The notes: a model not told the origin generated them from the letters alone. 64,000 bases of DNA from Myxococcota bacterium (GCA_044344255.1 JBIJDH010000004.1:320001-384000), one strand, 5' to 3'. Counted from the first letter of the stretch, positions 10,960-20,942 are shown. Numbers and translations are program-made.

Positions 10960-11020
10960 GGCGATGATCCTTAGTGCAGATCCGGAGAGGTTCTCGGAGG
11001 GAAGCGCGGCGAGGCGGGGA

Positions 11021-11305
11021 CTACTTGATCTGGTCCACCGACTGGGCCATCTCCTCGTTGAAGTCCAAGCGGAGGCGGATGAGGGGGTTGAAGGAGGCGC
11101 GCTTGCGCTCCATGAGGAGGGCGCCGGCCGGCTTCACGAGCTCGCCCGCGACGTCCAGACCTTCGAAGTCGATCTCGGTGGTCGACTTGTAGGTGACCTT
11201 GCGGTCCTCCGTCGCGCCCTCTCCGCCCTCCTCCTGGGCGCTGGCGACGCCGAGGGAGAGGCTGAGGATCGACAGGGCAAACAGGCGGCTGAGCGTGGAC
11301 TTCAT
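11021..11305 (-). CDS. gltF: GltF/CglF (NfsF)-like small periplasmic protein
   Basis: ATG at 11305 with GGAGG RBS; signal peptide; YKSTTEIDFEGLDVAGELVKP...FNPLIRLRLDFNEEM. Confidence 0.85.
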   Translation of the reverse strand: MKSTLSRLFALSILSLSLGVASAQEEGGEGATEDRKVTYKSTTEIDFEGLDVAGELVKPAGALLMERKRASFNPLIRLRLDFNEEMAQSVDQIK

Positions 11306-11631
11306 GAGACCTCCCAAGGGGGATGAGCGCGGGCCCGGACCCGACCTCTCTTTACACGTTGAACTATACCGGTGATTCGAGCCCTCGGGAACCCCGACGT
11401 TAGCGGCACCTTGAGATCGGTGCCGAAAACTATCCAGGTTGAAACCCTGTTTGGGACGGGTGTGGTCCTTGCAAGGTTCCGGTAAATCCGGGTGAGACCG
11501 AAGAGCGCGCTCCACCAGAACGCGTGGCGCACGTGCAGCCACCGCGACGAAGATCTGGATGATCCCTGACCTTCGCTGGGGTGACTGACACGGACCCTCT
11601 CCGCTGGTTCGTCAGGCCTTTGTCAAGACCC

Positions 11632-13146
11632 CTACTGGGGGGCGGGAGCCTCACCACCCGCCGGAGCCGCAGGGGCATCGGGTGCGGGTGCCGGAGCGGG
11701 GGCTTCGGGCGCGGGTGCCGGAGCGGGGGCCGCACCGCCGCCGCAAGACGGGATGATGGCCTCGAGCTGCGGCATCAAATCATCCACGAAGGTGGTGATA
11801 TCGCCCGCCATGTCGATCTCTTCCGACTGAATGACCGCCTCGGCCTGCTCGAGGACCATCTGGCCCTGATCGATGCCGCCGGACTCCACCATCATCGGAC
11901 AGCTTGAGTAGGTGGCCATCACCTGCTTGAGCTTCGCGACCTTGCCCTTGAGGTCTTCGAAGGCCTGCTGCTGGCGCTTCTTGCGCTCTTCAGCCTCCTT
12001 CTTCTTGCGCTCTTCTTCGGCCTTGCGCTCTTCGTCGATCCGCTGAGACTCCTTCACGCGGTCCATTCGGGCGTAGACCTCGTGATCCGGACCCATCTGA
12101 CCCTTGTTGTTCTTGTCCACGAAGTCCTGAAGGACCTTCAGCGCCTTCTTGTAGTCCTTCGTGTACTTCTCGTACAACGTGGCGGCGTTGAAGTAGGCGT
12201 CCTGATTGCTCGGGTCGGCCTCGAGGATCTCGCTGTAGAGCTTGGCCGAGGCCTCGTACTCCTTGGCCCCGCGGAGCGCGACGGCGAGACCGAGCTTGCC
12301 GTTTGTGTTTCCGGGCTCACCCTTGAGGGCCGCCTCGAAACACTGCCTCGCCAAGCTGTAATCACCAGAGTTGAGGGCCACGAAGCCCAGGTTCAGGTTG
12401 GCCTCCGTGGTGTCGGACCGGAGCTTGATCGCCGTCTTGAACTCCTCGATCGCCGCCGGCTCGTTGTCCATCACGAGGTAGGTGACGCCGATATTGTTGT
12501 AGATACCGGGATCGCCCTCCGCGAGGGTCCTCGCCTTCTCGGCGCAGAGCTGACTCATGCGGTAGTCGCCCTTCGCGAAGTACACCCGCGAGAGCGTTCG
12601 GTACGCGCCTACGTTCTTGGAGTCCCGGAGGAGGATCTCTCTCGCCTGGAGGAGGGCGTCGTCGTACATGTCGGCGCCGTTCAGGGCCTCCATGAGGAGG
12701 TTGCGGAGCGTGATGTCATCAGGGGCCTTCTCGGAGGCGCCCCGGTAGAGCTGGACCGCGTCGTCACCCTTGCCCGCCTTGGTGAGCGCCGCTCCGAGGG
12801 CGAGGAAGGCCTCGTTGTAGGACGGATCCGCGTCGAGCGCCGCCCGGTAGTGGTTGGCGGCTTTCTCTACGTTGCCCATCCGCTCGGCGGTCCAGGCCGC
12901 GTTGAAGTGGGCCTTCGAGAAGTCGGGCTTGGCGGTGGTGGCTGCCTCGAATTGGGCCAGCGCGCCAGCGTAGTCGATGACCCCATCCTTGCTGGGACTC
13001 TTGAGGATCTGAACCCCGGCGGCGAAGGCGGCCTTGGGATTGACCACCCCGTCTACGGCGGTCTCGGGGGCTTTCTTTGGTCCGCAACCGACCATCGGGG
13101 GGAGCCCGAAGGACAGGAGCAGCACCAGTGAGCGGAAGTTCCACAT
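11632..13146 (-). CDS. gltE: GltE/AglT (NfsE)-like TPR lipoprotein
   Basis: MVGC lipobox; many TPRs; coiled coil; lies between the gltD-like and gltF-like genes. Confidence 0.8.
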   Translation of the reverse strand: MWNFRSLVLLLSFGLPPMVGCGPKKAPETAVDGVVNPKAAFAAGVQILKSPSKDGVIDYAGALAQFEAATTAKPDFSKAHFNAAWTAERMGNVEKAANHYRAALDADPSYNEAFLALGAALTKAGKGDDAVQLYRGASEKAPDDITLRNLLMEALNGADMYDDALLQAREILLRDSKNVGAYRTLSRVYFAKGDYRMSQLCAEKARTLAEGDPGIYNNIGVTYLVMDNEPAAIEEFKTAIKLRSDTTEANLNLGFVALNSGDYSLARQCFEAALKGEPGNTNGKLGLAVALRGAKEYEASAKLYSEILEADPSNQDAYFNAATLYEKYTKDYKKALKVLQDFVDKNNKGQMGPDHEVYARMDRVKESQRIDEERKAEEERKKKEAEERKKRQQQAFEDLKGKVAKLKQVMATYSSCPMMVESGGIDQGQMVLEQAEAVIQSEEIDMAGDITTFVDDLMPQLEAIIPSCGGGAAPAPAPAPEAPAPAPAPDAPAAPAGGEAPAPQ

Positions 13147-13160
13147 GGTTGATCGTCTCC

Positions 13161-16100
13161 TTAGGGCTGCTCTTCAAACTTCTGCGCGACGCCGGCAGCG
13201 GCGGTGAAGCGGGCCTTGGGCAGCTCCTCCACCAGCACGGGGAAGTCGTCGGGGCGCAGAGTACCGAGCTGCCGGGTGGCGAAGTCGGTGTTCTCATTGT
13301 ACAGATTGAGCTCGTAGGCCTTCTTCAAGGCTTCGGAGTACACGGTCACCGACTTCTCGACCTGCAGGTAGGCCTTGTCTTCGAGGCCCATCTTGTAGAG
13401 GTCGGCCTGGTCGGCGCTGAGGTAGTCGGGGATGTACGAGGTGCGGAGGGTCTCCGACATGTTCTCGTAGGCCTTGCCCAGCTTGACGAGGGAGGCGAGA
13501 CCCCACTCGCCGGCGCCGGTCTTGACGATCTCGACGTAGGTCTTCTCGACCTCCATCAGCGCCTTGGCTTTGTCAGAGAGCTGCTTGGTCAGCACCTTGT
13601 TGGTGTTGGCGGTGTTTGACTTTCCACCCGGGCCGCTGATCTTCATCTTCATGTAGGCGTCGTACTGGCCCTCCGCCTGCTTGAACATGATCTGGGCGAT
13701 GAACTCGACGGCGGTGCCGGTGTTCTCACCCTTGGACTTCGACGCCTGGAAGGCCGCGAGGGTCTCTTTCCAGTGCTTGTCGATCTTCGCGCCTTGCCCG
13801 AGAGCCTCCATGTTGAGGCCGTAGCGGAGCCTGGAGAAGTAGACCTGCTCGATGGTGGCGCCAGCGGGCGGCTTGGTGAAGAAGCTGAAGTAGATCTTCG
13901 AGGCCTCGTCGATCTTCTTCTGCTCTTCGTAGATCTGCGCGATGCCGATGGTGAGGTTCGGGTTGCGCTCGTCTGCGGGGTACGCCGTCTGGAAGAGCTG
14001 GTAGTCTTTGATCGACCCCTGCCAGTCGCCGCTGGCCCGCCGGAAGAGGGCCGCGGAGTAGAGGGCGTCCTTCGCGGCGGGGTGCTCCTTGTCGAGGCTG
14101 AACAGCTTCTCGTACCAGTTCGCGGCCTGTCCAAAGTCGGCAATGGACTCGTAGTCGAAGCCGAGGTCTGCGACCTGCTGCTTGTAGAACTTAGAGCTCG
14201 GGAACTTCTCAATGAGGGTCTTGCGGCCGCTCATCGACTTGCCCGTCTGGCCCAGCTTGTTGTAGTAGACCGAGGCGTTGTTCAGCGCGAGATCGGCGAC
14301 CTGGGACTGCGGGAACTCGCCGTAGAAGGCCATGTAGGCGTCGGCCGCCGCGCCCTGATCCTTCGACTTCTCGAAGTTGATCTCGACCAGCTTGAACGAG
14401 GCGCGCTCGTAGACGTCGTAGACCTCCTTTTTGAAGCCAGCGGAGCCGAGGCCCTGCTGGTCGTAGAAGGCCTTGGCGACCTCCTTCAAGTTCTGCCAGT
14501 CCTGGACGAGGTTGAAGGAGTCGAGGATCAGGTTGGCGGCCTGCTCTGCTTCCTTCGACTGGGGGTCCATCTTGATGACGATGCGGAAGCGGTCGGAGGC
14601 CTCCTTGAACTGATTGTGATTGTACAGGAGGTACGCGGACTTATAGATGATGTTCCGCGTCTTCTTGTCTTCCGGGTACAGCTTGGAGTACTGGTCCAGC
14701 GAGGTGAGCAGGTTCTGCTCCCACTTGCCGAGCGGAGTGGCGTCCGTCTTGCTGTCCGGGGCCGTCTTGGAGTTCTTGTCGGCCTTCACGACCTCATCGG
14801 CGGCGAAGATCGCCGACTCGGCGCAGAACATCGAGTGCTGGCCCTTCGGATCGAGGGCCACCACCTTCATGTACTGGTCCCAGGCCTCGTCGAACTTCTT
14901 GATCTTGTAGAGGAGCTCACCAAAGGCGTAGCGCACATCGTAGGTGTACTTGCCCTCCGGGAACTCCTGCAGGTAGACCGAGTAGGCCTTGTAGGCGAGC
15001 GCGTAGGACTCGACCGCGCCCTTCCCAGTGCCCATCTTCTTGGCGTCATTGTGGAAGTTTGTGGCCACCGTGCGGAGGTTCTTCTCGACGTAGTCGGTGG
15101 CCGACTTGACGGCCTCCTGGTCGGCCGAGTTGGCACGAGCCCAGGCGGAGCTCTTCCCGTAGGTGGTCCGGAGGCGCTCGATCTCGGAGAGGGTCTCCTC
15201 CCGGCGGCCGATCTTGGTGTAGGCCTCGATGATCGAGTTCTGGTAGATCGGCGCGTCCTTCCCTTGTGGGTTCTCGGCGATGAGGCGCCGGTAGGTCTGG
15301 ATGCACTCCTCGAACTTGCCCTGCTCGAAGTAGGTCGCCGCGAGGCGAGTGAGCATGTCCTTGATGAGGTCTTTCTTGCCGAGCTTCGTGAAGTAGACGT
15401 AGGCTTCGTCCATTTCACCGGCGTCGGCGAAGAAGCGGACGAGGTCCTTGAGGGCTTCGTCCTGCAGCGACAGGCGACGCTTCTGCCCCGCATCACCCGC
15501 GGCGGCGTCCTGGGTCATCGAGAACTGCACCACCGACTTCATGGTGTCGATGGCCTTGCCGTACTCGCCCACGTTGTAGAAGCACCACGCCAGCTTGTAG
15601 GTGGCGAAGGCGTACTGGGGGGAGTCCTTGTACCGGGCGGCCTTCTGGTAGGCCATCAGCGCCTTGTAGGCGTTGTTGGTCTCGAAGTAGAACTCGCCGA
15701 TGTTGACGTAGGCGTCAGGGACGTAGGCGCTCTCGGGGTAGGTTCGGACGAGCGCGGTGAACTGCTCGACCGCCGGCTCCTTTTGGCCCGTCTCTTGGAG
15801 CGCCGAGGCGAGGTAGAAGGTCGCTTCGTCGGCTCGCTGGTACTGCGGGTAGCTCTGCAGGATCTGCTGATAGAGCTTGATCGCCTTGTCGAGCCACTTC
15901 CGACTCTCGGTGTAATCCTCCACGATCTTGTCGGGCTGGCAGCCCTTCGTGTTGAAACACTTGTCGAAGGCGGCCTGGTTGCGCGCCGACTCGTCGAGGC
16001 GAATGTCACGGCCCTCTTCCGAGTAGAGCTCGGCGAGCCGGAGCATCATCTCGGCCTTCTGGGTGCCCTGGGGCGCCCGGTTGGCCAGGATGTCCTTCAG

Positions 16101-16343
16101 GAAGTTCATCGACTCATGGCGCTTCTCCCGCGCCATCTGCCGATAGGCCTCAGACTTGGACTCCGCGGGGAGATCCGACATCTTGAGGACCTTTCGTTCG
16201 TCCTTCTTCGGTTCGGCCTTTGCCTCGGTCTTGCCGGCGGCGGGCTGCTGGGCCTGTGCCTGGCCGACCTCCGACGACACCATCGGGGTGAGGACCCCGA
16301 GGGCAAGCAGGGCGACGAGGGGAACAACTGGGGAGCGCTTCAT
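13161..16343 (-). CDS. gltD: GltD/AgmU (NfsD)-like large TPR protein
   Basis: KAEMMLRLAELY, YVPDAYVNIGEFYF, YKLAWCFYNVG, AANLILDSFN; 1060 aa with a signal peptide. Confidence 0.85.
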   Translation of the reverse strand: MKRSPVVPLVALLALGVLTPMVSSEVGQAQAQQPAAGKTEAKAEPKKDERKVLKMSDLPAESKSEAYRQMAREKRHESMNFLKDILANRAPQGTQKAEMMLRLAELYSEEGRDIRLDESARNQAAFDKCFNTKGCQPDKIVEDYTESRKWLDKAIKLYQQILQSYPQYQRADEATFYLASALQETGQKEPAVEQFTALVRTYPESAYVPDAYVNIGEFYFETNNAYKALMAYQKAARYKDSPQYAFATYKLAWCFYNVGEYGKAIDTMKSVVQFSMTQDAAAGDAGQKRRLSLQDEALKDLVRFFADAGEMDEAYVYFTKLGKKDLIKDMLTRLAATYFEQGKFEECIQTYRRLIAENPQGKDAPIYQNSIIEAYTKIGRREETLSEIERLRTTYGKSSAWARANSADQEAVKSATDYVEKNLRTVATNFHNDAKKMGTGKGAVESYALAYKAYSVYLQEFPEGKYTYDVRYAFGELLYKIKKFDEAWDQYMKVVALDPKGQHSMFCAESAIFAADEVVKADKNSKTAPDSKTDATPLGKWEQNLLTSLDQYSKLYPEDKKTRNIIYKSAYLLYNHNQFKEASDRFRIVIKMDPQSKEAEQAANLILDSFNLVQDWQNLKEVAKAFYDQQGLGSAGFKKEVYDVYERASFKLVEINFEKSKDQGAAADAYMAFYGEFPQSQVADLALNNASVYYNKLGQTGKSMSGRKTLIEKFPSSKFYKQQVADLGFDYESIADFGQAANWYEKLFSLDKEHPAAKDALYSAALFRRASGDWQGSIKDYQLFQTAYPADERNPNLTIGIAQIYEEQKKIDEASKIYFSFFTKPPAGATIEQVYFSRLRYGLNMEALGQGAKIDKHWKETLAAFQASKSKGENTGTAVEFIAQIMFKQAEGQYDAYMKMKISGPGGKSNTANTNKVLTKQLSDKAKALMEVEKTYVEIVKTGAGEWGLASLVKLGKAYENMSETLRTSYIPDYLSADQADLYKMGLEDKAYLQVEKSVTVYSEALKKAYELNLYNENTDFATRQLGTLRPDDFPVLVEELPKARFTAAAGVAQKFEEQP

Positions 16344-16426
16344 GGAAGCCTCTTCGGTGGTCAGCGGCCGCCTGCCTGGCAGACGGCCTCACTGGGTCGA
16401 TAAGCGGCGATGAGAGGAGGGGGCCT

Positions 16427-18298
16427 CTACTTACAGGAGCTCTGCTCGGTGTAGTGGTAGTAGCCGAGCTCGTCCGACCAGAATTCACCATTGAACGGCC
16501 AGTAGATGAAGTCAGTGGCCGTGGCGAAGTCGAGGTCAGTGCTCTTCAGGGACTCGTTGATGTCCCCGGACTGCGCCTTGTACACGTAGTCGACGCGCTG
16601 GGCGTCCACGACCTCGAAGCGCACGATCTCGGACTGCGTGAGCAGGTCGTCCACCGTGTTGGCCTGTCGTGCCATCTCCTTGAGGAGGAGCAGACCAGCC
16701 CGCTTCTTGTACTTCTGGCGATCGGCCTCGATGATCTTCTGCAGGTAGGGCCCGAGCTGGTCTCGCCACTTCGGGTTCTGCTTGTCGATCACCGCGAGCT
16801 CCTCTTCCATCACGTCCATGTGGCGGACGATCCCGGAGAGGTCCTTGTTCTGGAGCACCCTGTTGAAGAGGGTCTTCGGCAGCACGGAGTCGCGCTTGCC
16901 CTCCTTGCCGAAGTAGGCGTCCCAGGCCTCGTCCGAGAGCTTTCGGGTCTCTTCGGAAGAGTATGCCTTGACGAAGTCACGCATCTCGGCGCGCATCGGC
17001 CGATGTTCGTTCTCGAACTTCAGCAGGATCTTCTCCACCTCTTTGTATTCGCAGAGGTTGAAGAAGGTGAGCGCGCGGAGCAGCGTGGCTTCGGGGAGCC
17101 ACTGCTCATCAACATAGAAGGGGCTCTTCACCGTCAACAGCTGCCCGAGGGTGTCGTTGAGGTTGTTGCGCATGAAGTTGGCCCAAGCGTTCTCGAAGAG
17201 CGCCTCGGGCCAGTATTCGCTGTCGCGAGAGACGAGGTCGTAGTACTTGCCGGCCTCGTCGTACCGCTCGATCCCGTAATAGATACGCGCCACGTTGATG
17301 AGCGCTAGGTCCTTGAGCTCCTCGACCTCGCGGAGGTAGCGGGTGTCGTTGTAGACCTCCACGTCCTCGCGGTACACGTCGCGGAAGGAGCGAACCGCGC
17401 TCTTCAGCTTGCCCTGCTGGTGGTAGATGACCCCTCGGAAATACTCGCTCTTGAGGTAGAGCGGAGACTTCGTGGACACCTGACCGAAGAACTTTCGGGC
17501 GTCCGAGAGGTTGTCGTCGTCGTAGGCTCGCACGCCGAGCAAGTAGTACAGGTGGTTCTTGGCGTCGCGCGGGAAGGCGTCGGGAGGGATCTTGGAGACG
17601 ATCTTCTGCAGCTCGGTGTCATCGCCGGTGTACCGGGCGATCTTCACCAGCTTCGGCAGCGCATAGTTGAAGTAGGGGTTTGATGTGCCCTTCTTCACGA
17701 CCTGCAGATAGTGGTACTGGGCTGTGTGGTACATCTCGAGGTCTTCGAGACATCGGCCCAGGTAGTAGTTGATCTTCGTCTCCTGCTCAGGGTACTGGCC
17801 CTCCTGGATGAGACGATAGAGGATGGCCGAAGCAGTGAGGGGCTTCTTGGCCCTGAACTGCTTGATGGCCATCTTGATGTCGCCCGGCTCGTCGCCGTCT
17901 TCGGCGCCCTGCTCGGGGAGATCCTCAACCTTCTTCTTCGACCGACTGCCGAGGCTGTCCTCATCGTCGTCGATGCCGGACTTCGAGTCTTCGGGGACGG
18001 CCTTTCCGGCGGACTTGGTGGCCGGCTTGGTGGCCGGCGTCCCGGCGTCGTCCGAGGCCATCATCGCCTTCGCTTGGCTGATGACCGCTGCGGGCGCGCC
18101 CTTGTCGGTGAGGCACTTCACATCGGCTGAGGTGAACTGGTCCCCGGAGTCCTTCATCGTCATCACGACGATGTTGGTGGGGACGTTCACCTCGACCATG
18201 TTCATCACCTCGTCACAGGAGATGGCCCATGCGGGGGTGGAGACGAGGCCTGAGAGCGCCACGACGGAGAGCGGGAGGATGCGTGCGACGTGCTTCAT
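16427..18298 (-). CDS. gltC: GltC (NfsC)-like TPR protein
   Basis: EALFENAWANF...LGQLLTVKSPF, PEATLLRALTFFNLC, and the C-terminal signature YWPFNGEFWSDELGYY...C. Confidence 0.88.
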   Translation of the reverse strand: MKHVARILPLSVVALSGLVSTPAWAISCDEVMNMVEVNVPTNIVVMTMKDSGDQFTSADVKCLTDKGAPAAVISQAKAMMASDDAGTPATKPATKSAGKAVPEDSKSGIDDDEDSLGSRSKKKVEDLPEQGAEDGDEPGDIKMAIKQFRAKKPLTASAILYRLIQEGQYPEQETKINYYLGRCLEDLEMYHTAQYHYLQVVKKGTSNPYFNYALPKLVKIARYTGDDTELQKIVSKIPPDAFPRDAKNHLYYLLGVRAYDDDNLSDARKFFGQVSTKSPLYLKSEYFRGVIYHQQGKLKSAVRSFRDVYREDVEVYNDTRYLREVEELKDLALINVARIYYGIERYDEAGKYYDLVSRDSEYWPEALFENAWANFMRNNLNDTLGQLLTVKSPFYVDEQWLPEATLLRALTFFNLCEYKEVEKILLKFENEHRPMRAEMRDFVKAYSSEETRKLSDEAWDAYFGKEGKRDSVLPKTLFNRVLQNKDLSGIVRHMDVMEEELAVIDKQNPKWRDQLGPYLQKIIEADRQKYKKRAGLLLLKEMARQANTVDDLLTQSEIVRFEVVDAQRVDYVYKAQSGDINESLKSTDLDFATATDFIYWPFNGEFWSDELGYYHYTEQSSCK

Positions 18299-18385
18299 GA
18301 CGGGGGGCTCCGACGGTGCCGGTGGAGCGCCAAGTGAGCCTTTGCTCTTTCTTGACTACTCCCCGCGGCGAAGGTTCCCTGGGTC

Positions 18386-19282
18386 TCAGGACTTGATGTT
18401 GGGGAAGAAGAAGGAAGCGCCGGCCTGCAGGATGAAGTTGTTCTTCATCTCGAGCGTGGTGGAGTTCACCGTCTCGATGTAGACCAGGGACTTGCCCTCG
18501 ATGCGGGCGGCAAAGTTTTCGCCGAAGATGATCCGCAGACCACCGCCGTAGCTGGTTGTCGGCTGGTTCTGCTCTTGTGTGGCCTGGGCCCGCGGGTCTC
18601 CCTCGGCCTGGAGGGCCGTGAGGTCATCCGACGTGTGGGCGATGCCCATGCCGAAGGAGCCGAAGATGTCGAAGTTCACGATCTGCCGGCCGACCACCGC
18701 CACCTTCCCGTAGATGGGCGAGAACTGAAAGTTCGCCGATCCGAAGTAGGTGAGCTTGGAGATGTCCGGCGAGACGTGATTCTCGTCCACGAGCTGGTGG
18801 GTGAGCGGCTTCCAGTCACTGTCGCCGAGGTCGGGGGCGAAGTCGAAGCTGCCCTCCACCGCGAAGATCTCGGTGAGGTGGTACGCACCATTCACTCCGA
18901 AGATGTACCGGTTGAGGAACGGGTCATTCGCCACGAAGGCCGCGTGGGGGCCAACCTCCGCTCGGCCGAGCTTGAGGAAGGTCTTCCGCTGAATCGTCTT
19001 GATGACCCGCTTCTTCTTGGTCTCGTCTTCGACGACCAGGACGTCTTCCTTCCGTGCGCCGACGTTGTCCCCGATGTCGCCGCTCTTGACGGCGTCGGTC
19101 TCGGACTTCACCGAGTCTTCCTCCTCGGTCGGGCCGAGGATGTCCTTCATGTCGTCGTCACCGCTGTCCTCCGAATCTCCCTCTGCTTGCGCGAGGGCGG
19201 AGTCGGAGAGGGTGTCGTCTGCGAGAGCCGGGGCGGAGGCCGCGATGGCCGCGAGTCCGCAGAGCAGAGTGGAGATGCGCAT
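18386..19282 (-). CDS. GltA/GltB-family outer-membrane beta-barrel protein (copy adjacent to gltC)
   Basis: IQRKTFLKLGRAE, NDPF, YHLTE, FSPIYGK, terminal ASFFFP. Confidence 0.85.
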   Translation of the reverse strand: MRISTLLCGLAAIAASAPALADDTLSDSALAQAEGDSEDSGDDDMKDILGPTEEEDSVKSETDAVKSGDIGDNVGARKEDVLVVEDETKKKRVIKTIQRKTFLKLGRAEVGPHAAFVANDPFLNRYIFGVNGAYHLTEIFAVEGSFDFAPDLGDSDWKPLTHQLVDENHVSPDISKLTYFGSANFQFSPIYGKVAVVGRQIVNFDIFGSFGMGIAHTSDDLTALQAEGDPRAQATQEQNQPTTSYGGGLRIIFGENFAARIEGKSLVYIETVNSTTLEMKNNFILQAGASFFFPNIKS

Positions 19283-19310
19283 TCCGCTGGTCCTCAGGCG
19301 AAGGTCTTGT

Positions 19311-20135
19311 TCAGAAGTTGTAGATGCGCGGCTTCATCTTCGGGAAGAAGACGCTGACGCCCACAGAGGCCACGAGGTTGTTGTAGAGGCGAGACTCGGT
19401 CACCTCTTTATTGGCGTCGTACTGGGGCTTCTTGTCAACGTACAGGTAGTTTCGCACGTCGAACTTGAGCGCCAGAGAGCTGCTCAGGAAGAAGTCGAAG
19501 CCGATGCCGAGGTTCACCGGGACGGCGGCCTTGGTGCCGACGGGGGTGAGGCTGGTGGGAGGCGCCCCACCGACCGATGCGGCTTCGTCGTAGACCGCGT
19601 AGTACTTGTTGACGGAGAGCAGGCCGAGGCCGGCGGTGCCGTAGAAGTCGAAGTTGAGCACCCGCTCGCCGATCAGGTTGATCTTGCCGTACACGGGGGC
19701 CCACCGCGCCGCGAAGGTTGCGCCCAGGCTCATCTTGTCGATGGGCTGCTGGAACTGCACCTCTCCGGATCCCTCATGGGCGATGTTGACAAGGGTGTGC
19801 GTCAGGCCCTTGAGGTCGTTGTTGCCGAGGTCGGGGGAGTAGAGGATCGCTCCTTCCGCCGCGAATTGTTCGGAGAAGTGGTATGCAGCGAGCACTCCGC
19901 CGACATACCGCTTGGCCATGGGGTTGTTTGGGACGTAGCCGAGCACCGGTGCGAGCTCGAACCGGCCCTCCTTCAGGAAGAACCGGTTGGCGATGGCCTG
20001 GTGGTGCTTCTTGCTGTCGTTGAGCTCGCTCAGGGCCGTTCGGGCCGGCTTCGTTCCAGCGTGGGCCGGTGTCGCCGCAGTCAACAGGCCGAACAGGGCC
20101 AGGAGCGGGGCGACCAGCTTCAGGGCAGCGCGCAT
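19311..20135 (-). CDS. GltA/GltB-family outer-membrane beta-barrel protein (first gene of the cluster)
   Basis: ATG at 20135; signal peptide; NRFFLKEGRFEL, YHFSE, WAPVYGK, VSVFFP; paralog of the neighbouring gene. Confidence 0.85.
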   Translation of the reverse strand: MRAALKLVAPLLALFGLLTAATPAHAGTKPARTALSELNDSKKHHQAIANRFFLKEGRFELAPVLGYVPNNPMAKRYVGGVLAAYHFSEQFAAEGAILYSPDLGNNDLKGLTHTLVNIAHEGSGEVQFQQPIDKMSLGATFAARWAPVYGKINLIGERVLNFDFYGTAGLGLLSVNKYYAVYDEAASVGGAPPTSLTPVGTKAAVPVNLGIGFDFFLSSSLALKFDVRNYLYVDKKPQYDANKEVTESRLYNNLVASVGVSVFFPKMKPRIYNF

Positions 20136-20470
20136 GTACCGTTCTCCGAGGGGTCCAAGATGAGCAGGTGCGCTTGGGAGGCTTGAGGGGACCAGGGTTT
20201 GGAAGCCTGCGAGACTTCGTGCGTACGAGCCTTTTGGGGGGCTGGACTCACGGGTATGCGGGTTGATCTTCCGGGTTCCGGGCTTGCCGGTGCGGTTGCG
20301 GGTTCCGCTGGGGTGCGGCTCCAAGCTCCGAGGCCGGCCGAGTATAACGCAGAGATTCCGAGCAGGGGCGTTCACTTCGTCCTGACACTCTTTCAACAAC
20401 TCGGTTCCAGGAAGGGCACCTCCCCTCCTCCTGGGCGCCGTGCGGTACGATGGCGTACGGGGAGGGGTTC

Positions 20471-20884
20471 ATGCACGCGCTCCTGGTGCTCATGGGGTCG
20501 GTCACTGCCGCGTTTGCCGAAGCGCCGGTGCAAGTCACAGCTTCGGCCGAGCCGGAGCCCTTTGTTGAGGTCACGGCGTCGGTGTTGGACGTGTCCTTGC
20601 CGGCCTGCCGGGGCGTGGTCTGGGAGCGCTTCGACCCGGATGCGCGGGTCTTCCTCCCGATCAGCGCGTCGCCCTGCGCGGCGATGTCCCCCTCGACGCC
20701 CGTGGAGGCGGCGGCCCTCCGCTTCGCTCTGGATGGTGATCCACAGGGCTCGCAGGTGATCCGGGCGGTGGTCGTGGTCGGGCTGGGGTGCAGGAAGAAC
20801 GTCCCTTTCGAGCTGGCTGGTTGTAAGCAGGTCGTCTCGGTGAAGGGGCCGAACATCAACTTGAAGCGCCAGGGCTCGCGTTAG
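20471..20884 (+). CDS. Hypothetical exported protein with four Cys
   Basis: GGAGG RBS before ATG 20471; signal-like N-terminus ending AFA; fills the gap between two minus-strand operons. Confidence 0.45.
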   Translation: MHALLVLMGSVTAAFAEAPVQVTASAEPEPFVEVTASVLDVSLPACRGVVWERFDPDARVFLPISASPCAAMSPSTPVEAAALRFALDGDPQGSQVIRAVVVVGLGCRKNVPFELAGCKQVVSVKGPNINLKRQGSR

Positions 20885-20942
20885 GTCAGGGAATTCGGGA
20901 GTGGCGTTGTTCGGGCCCTCGAGAGCGGCGTTGTTCATGGCC

